DNA of 11,843 nucleotides from Candidatus Brocadiia bacterium (GTDB lineage Bacteria; Planctomycetota; Brocadiia; SM23-32): NCBI GenBank assembly GCA_046538485.1, contig JBKHIT010000097.1, positions 1 to 11,843 of the forward strand, read 5' to 3'. Shown piece by piece: positions 6,373 to 11,843 of this stretch (position 1 is its first letter; each line of letters starts with the position of its first letter). The notes under the pieces were generated by a model. It saw only the letters and a program-made list of their open reading frames with translations, ran no database searches and was not told where the DNA came from. The position numbers and the translations under genes were made by a program.

Positions 6373-6418
6373 CGAACCCAAGCAATTTTCTCCACCAACG
6401 TCATGAAAGGAGATTCGC

Positions 6419-6817
6419 ATGAAACTTCTGACCAAAAAACTCCGGGAGAAGCTCCCGGATCTATACTCCCAGGAAGATATGGGCGGGGAGGCCGTCGCTT
6501 ATGTGAAGTTCTTTACCCCCGACTCCGATTGGACCTGGTACGTGACCGAGGGATCGCCGGTTGCAACAGGAGATGACCGCCACGATATATCCTTCGCCGA
6601 GGCCGAGGAGCAGGGGCTGGAGACCCGAGACGTTCTGTTCTTCGGTCTGGTGGACGGCTTCGCGAAAGAACTGGGCTACTTCCGCCTCTCCGAACTCAGG
6701 GAGGCCCGGGGACCCCTCGGCCTGCCCATAGAGCGTGATATCGACTGGGGGCCGAAAACCCTGGAGGATATCGCCCCGGAGCTGTTCACGGAGCCACAGC
6801 CGGAAGCTCAACAGTAG
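6419..6817 (+). CDS. DUF2958-family protein
   Basis: VKFFTPDSDWTWYVTE, LFFGLVDG and ELGYFRLSEL...GPLGLPIERD motifs; RBS AAAGGAG. Confidence 0.85.
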   Translation: MKLLTKKLREKLPDLYSQEDMGGEAVAYVKFFTPDSDWTWYVTEGSPVATGDDRHDISFAEAEEQGLETRDVLFFGLVDGFAKELGYFRLSELREARGPLGLPIERDIDWGPKTLEDIAPELFTEPQPEAQQ

Positions 6818-6845
6818 ACCGAACCCAGATCTCATTTCTTGCGAT

Positions 6846-6881
6846 GCCGGCCGGTCGGAGGTCGGCTTTTTTCATGTACCC
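6846..6881 (+). terminator. Terminator-like hairpin + T6 + CATGTACCC (connector A3)
   Basis: GCCGGCC(6846-6852)/GGTCGGC(6860-6866); T run at 6867-6872. Confidence 0.65.
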
Positions 6882-6908
6882 AGAACTCTTTTTCTCAGGA
6901 GGATTCTC

Positions 6909-7538
6909 ATGACTACAGAAGCGCCAGCAGAAGTTCAGACGGATCAGACGGAGCAGGAAGATGCGCATGTGATCGAAGACATCCCCGGAGGTGTTCTCAA
7001 AGCCCTCCACGCCCACACGGCACCCGAGAAAGGACGCTACTCGCTCAACTGCATCCACGTGGAGGGCCGGGAGATCGTCGCCGCCGACGGAGCCGTTCTG
7101 GCCCGGGTGACTCTCCCGGAGGATCTGGGCCCCGAGGGGCTGTATGAGCTGCCCAAACCGCACCTGAAGAAACGGAAACCCGCCCGTCTCATCCGCCGAA
7201 ATGGTGAACTCAGGGCCGAGCAGTCCGACGGATCCTCCGCCCGCGTCGAGATCTTCCAATCGCCCGGTGAGGACGGGCGGTGGCCCGAGCACTACGTTGA
7301 GGTCATCCCGCCCGAGAGCCAGGGAACGCAGGTTATATCCAAACTCGAGTACCTGCAGCAGGCGCTGGATCTTCTCGATTGCGCCGGCTACGAAACCGCT
7401 CGCATTACCTTCACAGGTGATCCCGGGAGTCCCTTCCGCATCGATGGGCTCAAAACGGATGAGAGGGGACAGGAAATCGAGGGCGAGATCGGCGCGACTG
7501 TGGTGATCAGTCCCGTGGTTCTGGCCGATGGGCAGTGA
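6909..7538 (+). CDS. Truncated DNA polymerase III beta-clamp (DnaN)-like protein, 209 aa
   Basis: Start ATG 6909 after CAGGAGG. RYSLNCIHVE..IVAADGAVLA resembles DnaN RYYLNG..VATDGHRLA, DGRWPEHYVEVIP resembles DGRFPDYRRVLP, and C-terminal VVISPV resembles VVMPM. Confidence 0.6.
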   Translation: MTTEAPAEVQTDQTEQEDAHVIEDIPGGVLKALHAHTAPEKGRYSLNCIHVEGREIVAADGAVLARVTLPEDLGPEGLYELPKPHLKKRKPARLIRRNGELRAEQSDGSSARVEIFQSPGEDGRWPEHYVEVIPPESQGTQVISKLEYLQQALDLLDCAGYETARITFTGDPGSPFRIDGLKTDERGQEIEGEIGATVVISPVVLADGQ

Positions 7539-7550
7539 AATCAAGATCAC

Positions 7551-7620
7551 TTTCTCACCAAAGGTTGCCCCCGGAAAATGATCTCCGGGGGCTCTCTCGC
7601 ATTACTCAAGAAGGGAGGTA
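7551..7620 (+). repeat. Connector B3: hairpin homologous to B2, with a degenerate U-tract
   Basis: GCCCCCGGA(7567-7575)/TCCGGGGGC(7584-7592), then TCTCTC, CATTACTCAAG and GGGAGGTA. Confidence 0.7.
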
Positions 7621-7627
7621 TTTACTC

Positions 7628-8686
7628 ATGCAAATCTACTGCGGACTCTGCGGGCACAAAGCCCACGAGCTGTTCAGCCATCTCCGGTCGGTTCATGAGA
7701 TGAGTCCGGATCGCTACAGGGATCGTTGCCCCCAGGCACCCCTGGTCAGCGAGGATTTGGCCAGCTACATTCTCGATAATCGGATCGTCCCCCATGGCGA
7801 TTCCCTCAAGAAACGGGTGGGCCTGTTCGGATTCCAATTCGCCTGCGACATTCTCCCCGATGAGATGACGCCCGCTCCAGAAGAGGATTACGTTCTCCAG
7901 GAAGGGCTCTGCCGGAAGGTGCTCGCCGGGCTCAAAGCAAGCGAGAAAATGCTCCTGGTGGGTCCAACCGGCGTGGGGAAATCGACCCTCATCGAGCAAC
8001 TTGCCGCCCGGCTGAACTGGCCTGTGGTCAGAGTGGCCGCCTCAGGGGGGCTGACCGAAGCTGACCTGCTCGGGGAATGGACGGTGCGCGACGGGGAGAC
8101 CGTATTTAACTACGGATTCCTCCCCCGGGCCATGCGGATGGGGGCGATATGCCTGATTGATGAGATCGATGGTATGGAACCCAGCGTGGCGTTCAGTATT
8201 CATCAGCTGATGGAGGATCACGGAAAGCTGGTGCTGCTTCAGAACGGAGGCGAGATCATCGAGCCGGATCCGAGCTTCCGGCTGGTCTGCACGGCCAATA
8301 CCCTGGGCCATGGAGATGAGACCGGCCTCTATACGGGAACGAGGGTGCTGAACGCGGCGTTTCTGGACCGATTTGCATCGGTTATGCGAATGGGCTATCT
8401 CCCCCCCGAACGGGAAGTAGAGGTTATTCTCTCAAGAGCGCCGGGGTTCTCCCGGGATATGGCCAGGGCGCTGGTAAAGGTGGCCGGGGGTGTGAGGCGG
8501 GCGCAGGAGAACGATGAAGTCTACTGCACGTTCTCGACCCGTCGTTTGATCGATGTGGCGAGGAAGCACACTCAGCTGGATGATTTGGAGGCGGCCCTGG
8601 ACCTGGCGGTGCTCAGCCGTCTGTCCGATTCGGATCGGATGGTGGTGGAGGAAATCTGCCAGCGGCAGTTGGGTGAGGTAGGGTAG
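7628..8686 (+). CDS. CbbQ/NirQ/NorQ (MoxR-class) AAA+ ATPase with an N-terminal C2H2 zinc finger
   Basis: Start ATG 7628 after GGGAGGT; CGLC..HLRSVH..Y...PQAPLVS; Walker A GPTGVGKST; Walker B LIDEID; TANTLGHGD; LNAAFLDRF; FSTRRLI. Confidence 0.9.
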   Translation: MQIYCGLCGHKAHELFSHLRSVHEMSPDRYRDRCPQAPLVSEDLASYILDNRIVPHGDSLKKRVGLFGFQFACDILPDEMTPAPEEDYVLQEGLCRKVLAGLKASEKMLLVGPTGVGKSTLIEQLAARLNWPVVRVAASGGLTEADLLGEWTVRDGETVFNYGFLPRAMRMGAICLIDEIDGMEPSVAFSIHQLMEDHGKLVLLQNGGEIIEPDPSFRLVCTANTLGHGDETGLYTGTRVLNAAFLDRFASVMRMGYLPPEREVEVILSRAPGFSRDMARALVKVAGGVRRAQENDEVYCTFSTRRLIDVARKHTQLDDLEAALDLAVLSRLSDSDRMVVEEICQRQLGEVG

Positions 8687-8700
8687 TTTGGCAGGGAGAG

Positions 8701-8739
8701 CGAGGCGGCCTGACTGGGAGGTTGGGTCGTCTCGTTTTT
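8701..8739 (+). terminator. Final intrinsic terminator of the + strand operon
   Basis: 14-bp stem CGAGGCGGCCTGAC/GTTGGGTCGTCTCG with four G-U pairs (so it folds well only on the + transcript), loop TGGGAG, then T5. Confidence 0.7.
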
Positions 8740-9265
8740 AACGCTGCCTTTTCCTGTTAGCTTGCATCCGTTTTACCGTATCCCACTCTTCTTTTGCTTC
8801 AGGCCTATTATCTCGCTTGGACTCCACATCCTGGATAGATCTCAAATACGAATTTGGAAAGGAGTGGTACTCCGCTCCGAGCAGAACCATTTTTTTGTAC
8901 CATTCATATGGGACATCGTCCACGATGGCATCTTCGTCCGCCAGGTAGATCTTCACGCCCAGATTCTTTCCTGCCACTGTCAGGTTAACTGTCTCTTTGC
9001 GGTAACCGTGGCCCAGTCCCTCAGCGGAGTCGAGGTTAGATTCTTCGCACTTACGAATATCAAACACGGCAATCCACAGTTTGTCCGATGCTTTACCTGT
9101 TTTCTCTGCATCACACTTCACAGAGTCATCCTTGCTCCCCTTGCGGAACACAAGACGCCACCCCGGGAGGTCGCACGTGCCTCGCAATTTTGCAGACGGG
9201 CATCTTTTTTTTAGTCTCATGGGGTGAAGATTGGAGCCATAGGCTCCGTATACGAAAGTTTTCAC
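8738..9265 (-). CDS. Gamma-glutamylcyclotransferase (GGCT/AIG2-like) family protein
   Basis: N-terminal YGAYGSNL, LPGWRLVF, LDSAEG..GY, and Y.KMVLLGAEYHSFPNSY; GGAGGAG RBS before the GTG. Confidence 0.85.
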   Translation of the reverse strand: MKTFVYGAYGSNLHPMRLKKRCPSAKLRGTCDLPGWRLVFRKGSKDDSVKCDAEKTGKASDKLWIAVFDIRKCEESNLDSAEGLGHGYRKETVNLTVAGKNLGVKIYLADEDAIVDDVPYEWYKKMVLLGAEYHSFPNSYLRSIQDVESKRDNRPEAKEEWDTVKRMQANRKRQR

Positions 9266-9331
9266 ATTTCCTCCTCCAAATGTCGTGAATCACTCGTTCT
9301 GAAGAGCGCGACTTTTAAAAATCAAGTGGAT

Positions 9332-9553
9332 TCACTTCTTCTGCGTTTCCTTTTTTTCTTGATCTCCAGCCTTAGCCCCCCGAACATCCATATGCTTCAA
9401 TCCCGCCATAGTGAGGCCCATCAGCTTGATGGCAGCTTCAGCGAGATACGATGTATAGAGAAAACTCTCGGCTGATGCATTGGTCCCGACTTTGTTCAAA
9501 CGACAAACTACCATGGCCAATGGGGTGGGCAAATTTTTCGAAGGAACAACCAT
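9332..9553 (-). CDS. Small hypothetical protein or gene remnant (73 aa)
   Basis: ATG with GGGAG upstream, co-oriented with its neighbours; no recognisable domain. Confidence 0.35.
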   Translation of the reverse strand: MVVPSKNLPTPLAMVVCRLNKVGTNASAESFLYTSYLAEAAIKLMGLTMAGLKHMDVRGAKAGDQEKKETQKK

Positions 9554-9634
9554 GTCTGACTCCCTGCTTTTTTGTCGCTGAGCTTATGGAATGTTCACAG
9601 CGTGCTTTTTTGGTTCTTCTCCCAAAAAGCCAGC

Positions 9635-11680
9635 TCACTCAGAAGCACTTGTGTGCCATCCTTTCTTTAAGCCTTCGATTGCGATTTCCTCAAGCCGCTT
9701 TTGAGTAATACCGTATCTGCCAGCAATCTGTGCCTCATACTTTTTAGTTAATTTGTCTTCCATTTCTGTCTGCATCATCAGCCGTTTCTTGCTGTCTGCT
9801 TTCGCCTGTCCTCTCAACGCCAAGCTGTTGATCCAGCCGTGGTCTACAACGTTCTTGTGCGTTTCCGTCACTTTTACTTTGTACCATCGCGTGTGGTCTT
9901 TCCTGGCAACCTTCGCAACTTTGATGTACGCGCCAGGTGCTATTTGCCGCATCCTCTCCAGCGAAGCCATAGGGTCGTCCGCTTCCAGTTCCGCCATCAA
10001 CGGCGTCTTTTTGGTCAACTGAAACCTGTCGCCCACTTTCAGAGCCTGAGTGGGATCGAGCGGGTATTTCGTCTTCGCCTTTTTGATTGCCCGGTCTTCT
10101 GCCCGGAGCAGTGTTTTGTAGATGTCCTTACGCTTATTTTCGGAAAGCGGGGTGCGCGTTTTCCTTTCCTGGTTTGTATCTGCTTTTCTGCCGGTTATTG
10201 TGGGGTGAGGGAAAGCACGCAAACGGAAACTAGAATACAATGTCGTCCCTTTGCTCCAGCCATCGCCGCCCTGAATCCGAAGGCTCTCCGTGAATACCCT
10301 ATTCCTTTTGGCACGGGCCACCGGCTTACCGTTCACCCAAAGACGGACGTTCGCTCCTTGCAGAAGCACGCGGATGTGGAGTTTCTGCCCTTTCTTGTAG
10401 GGAAATCCCTTACCTTCTTGCCGTTTCCCATCCGGGTAGAGACAGATATCTCGGTCATATCCTTCATTTCCAATCCACAGTGCATTGCTGAAATGAACGC
10501 GTGGTCGCATCCCCTTTTTCACTGCCATCTTGAAGGATAACTCGAAATTCGGAGGAAGTGGGGGTTGGAAAACAAGACTACTGTCGCCCGAACCCTTGAA
10601 AACTCCCCGCTTATGGTCCCATTGCCCGGTATCTACATTCCAGCTTGAGGGGTCATTCAGCATTCGGGTGAGACTACGAGACCCAGCGGTTCTTACATCG
10701 AAACGAGTGGAGCCAAGGAGCAGATCGTCATCTCCGTTCACAGCAAGTTTCCGGTCGCTGGTTTCGGGTGCTGTGAGCACAATAAGAGGACACTGATCGA
10801 CCTTGAAATGATGTCGATGCTTAACTGTTTGGATTTCCCCTAAGAATCGAACTTCTTGACCCTCGCGGAACCCCTTCAAATCATTTATACATTTCACCAA
10901 TACGTGAGAGGGCCCCCGGTTCGGGTCAAATAGTCGTATCCACGCCTCGTCGCCTTGGACTTTTTTCACCCAGCCATGACCTTTGAAAGGTTTTCCTGAA
11001 AGATACTCAGCAAATTTCTTCCTCTTTGCGAAGGGGACGGGATGCCAACGGAGGCATAGTTGCGTATAGCTTGAGGGAAGAGCGCTTCTCTCGGGAGACA
11101 CGGAGTTACGAAGCTCCTCTTCTTCCCACTCACAAAGTATCGGATAAGGCCGATCGATAGCGTCATTCCAACCATTATCGGTGAGAATATGTGCCCAGTG
11201 GGATTTTCCTTGGGCATTATTTGGCTGTCCTTCGGCCCAGTCGGAGTATTGGCTCTTTTCCCTGGTAACCCAGTTCCACGTACCTTCTTCCTTTTGGTCC
11301 GTATAACCTATCCATGCGGTGTCCCAGCCACTTTTCTCGATAGCGCGCTTGGCTATGTGGGATTCGCGCCGGCTGGTAATTGTTGCCAGATGTCCGCCTA
11401 AAGACTGGCATAGATTGGAGGCGGGGCCCCATGCCATGGGCGTAGGAAGGCATGCGTAGTAGCTACCGTTCCAACGTATTATCTCGGGAAGCGGCTCAAT
11501 CGGCCAGTGCAGGCGCTGAAAAAGATCATCAATCCTGTTGCGGATATCCTGTGTCCGGTTCGCAGCCTGAAGACCAGGAGCCGCCAAAATGCAAATGACA
11601 AATATTGAAGATAATACTGTCCATATAAGTTTCTTTGATCGATATATATTGCTGATTCCTGGTCCTTCCACCCAAATCAA
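9635..11680 (-). CDS. Secreted multidomain protein with a C-type lectin domain, a concanavalin-A/DUF1080-like beta-sandwich and a C-terminal SH3-like segment
   Basis: Signal-like KKLIWTVLSSIFVICILAAPGLQA; CTLD motifs WNGSYY, CQSLGGHLATITS, WIGYTD..EGTWNW, WAEGQPNN, WND and ILCE; later FELSFKM..VRLWVNGKPV and WYKVKV..GWINS. The start codon is uncertain. Confidence 0.8.
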   Translation of the reverse strand: MIWVEGPGISNIYRSKKLIWTVLSSIFVICILAAPGLQAANRTQDIRNRIDDLFQRLHWPIEPLPEIIRWNGSYYACLPTPMAWGPASNLCQSLGGHLATITSRRESHIAKRAIEKSGWDTAWIGYTDQKEEGTWNWVTREKSQYSDWAEGQPNNAQGKSHWAHILTDNGWNDAIDRPYPILCEWEEEELRNSVSPERSALPSSYTQLCLRWHPVPFAKRKKFAEYLSGKPFKGHGWVKKVQGDEAWIRLFDPNRGPSHVLVKCINDLKGFREGQEVRFLGEIQTVKHRHHFKVDQCPLIVLTAPETSDRKLAVNGDDDLLLGSTRFDVRTAGSRSLTRMLNDPSSWNVDTGQWDHKRGVFKGSGDSSLVFQPPLPPNFELSFKMAVKKGMRPRVHFSNALWIGNEGYDRDICLYPDGKRQEGKGFPYKKGQKLHIRVLLQGANVRLWVNGKPVARAKRNRVFTESLRIQGGDGWSKGTTLYSSFRLRAFPHPTITGRKADTNQERKTRTPLSENKRKDIYKTLLRAEDRAIKKAKTKYPLDPTQALKVGDRFQLTKKTPLMAELEADDPMASLERMRQIAPGAYIKVAKVARKDHTRWYKVKVTETHKNVVDHGWINSLALRGQAKADSKKRLMMQTEMEDKLTKKYEAQIAGRYGITQKRLEEIAIEGLKKGWHTSASE

Positions 11681-11843
11681 TTTCGCTGAAAATAATGCGG
11701 CAAACGCGAACGAGCCACAATGTCACTCTAATTCACGTTTTTCATACCGTCAAGTTCGAAAAAGTCAGGTTTCATTCAATCTGTTAAAGGTTAGATGCAA
11801 GATGAAAGTGCGCCACCCGGCGGGAATTTCTCCTTTGAGTGTT

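Larger units (their letters stand above)
3330..8740 (+). mobile_element. Segment of an ICE/plasmid/prophage-type early (establishment/recombination) gene module; boundaries uncertain
   Basis: Co-oriented RadC, PD-(D/E)XK nuclease, DUF2958, clamp-like and CbbQ-type AAA genes typical of MGE backbones; GC visibly higher than the flanks; no integrase or att site in the window. Confidence 0.55.

Noticed and set aside
3717..7600. Integron attC sites
   Set aside because: The hairpins lack a convincing RYYYAAC...GTTRRRY frame, are followed by U-tracts, and no integron integrase is present.
4718..7627. Longer ORF-track starts at 4718, 6735 and 7535
   Set aside because: The extensions run through terminator connectors (two translate the repeat as FFHVP); strong RBSs support 4853, 6909 and 7628.
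9438..9638. 66-aa minus-strand ORF overlapping the lectin gene stop
   Set aside because: It overlaps the better-supported 9332..9553 ORF in another frame and has no recognisable features; it cannot be supported.
175..11726. Numerous antisense or alternate-frame ORFs in the track (e.g. 493..876, 2926..3450, 6786..7550, 9839..10540)
   Set aside because: They are shadows of well-supported genes, without motifs or RBSs.
11808..11830. GTGCGCCACCCGGCGGGAATT as a tRNA 3'-end att remnant or group II intron 5' end; 11-bp reverse-complement match to 4805-4815
   Set aside because: No TTCGA T-loop or CCA match, too short, and cut off by the window edge; the 11-mer match may be chance in GC-rich sequence.

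Overview
Bacterial accessory region, probably PVC/Planctomycetota-like (a guess from gene content only), with three blocks. (1) 1-3328, + strand: the 3' end of a large protein carrying a papain-fold/C39-like peptidase domain and an acidic DxDxDG (TSP3-like) tail. It is followed by a tandem array in which diverged orphan copies of only that tail (one decayed) are each translationally coupled to a different N-terminally membrane-anchored protein with YPDG/MORN-variant-like motifs. This resembles a polymorphic effector/immunity cassette array in which the partner gene is the variable part. (2) About 3330-8740, + strand, visibly more GC-rich: a mobile-element early/establishment-type gene string. 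It encodes a hypothetical protein, a frameshifted RadC/JAB, an ssDNA-annealing-like protein coupled to a PD-(D/E)XK nuclease, an unannotated 54-aa ORF, DUF2958, a truncated beta-clamp-like protein and a Zn-finger CbbQ/NirQ-type AAA+ ATPase. One candidate TATAAT promoter and a structured ~125-nt leader precede it. It is punctuated by mutually homologous 'hairpin + U-tract + CATGTACC / ACTCA..GGAGG' connectors, suggesting antitermination/attenuation control or modular cassette shuffling. (3) 8738-11680, - strand: a gamma-glutamylcyclotransferase-like gene, a small ORF and a secreted multidomain C-type lectin protein. No rRNA, tRNA, CRISPR array, integrase or transposase was seen.
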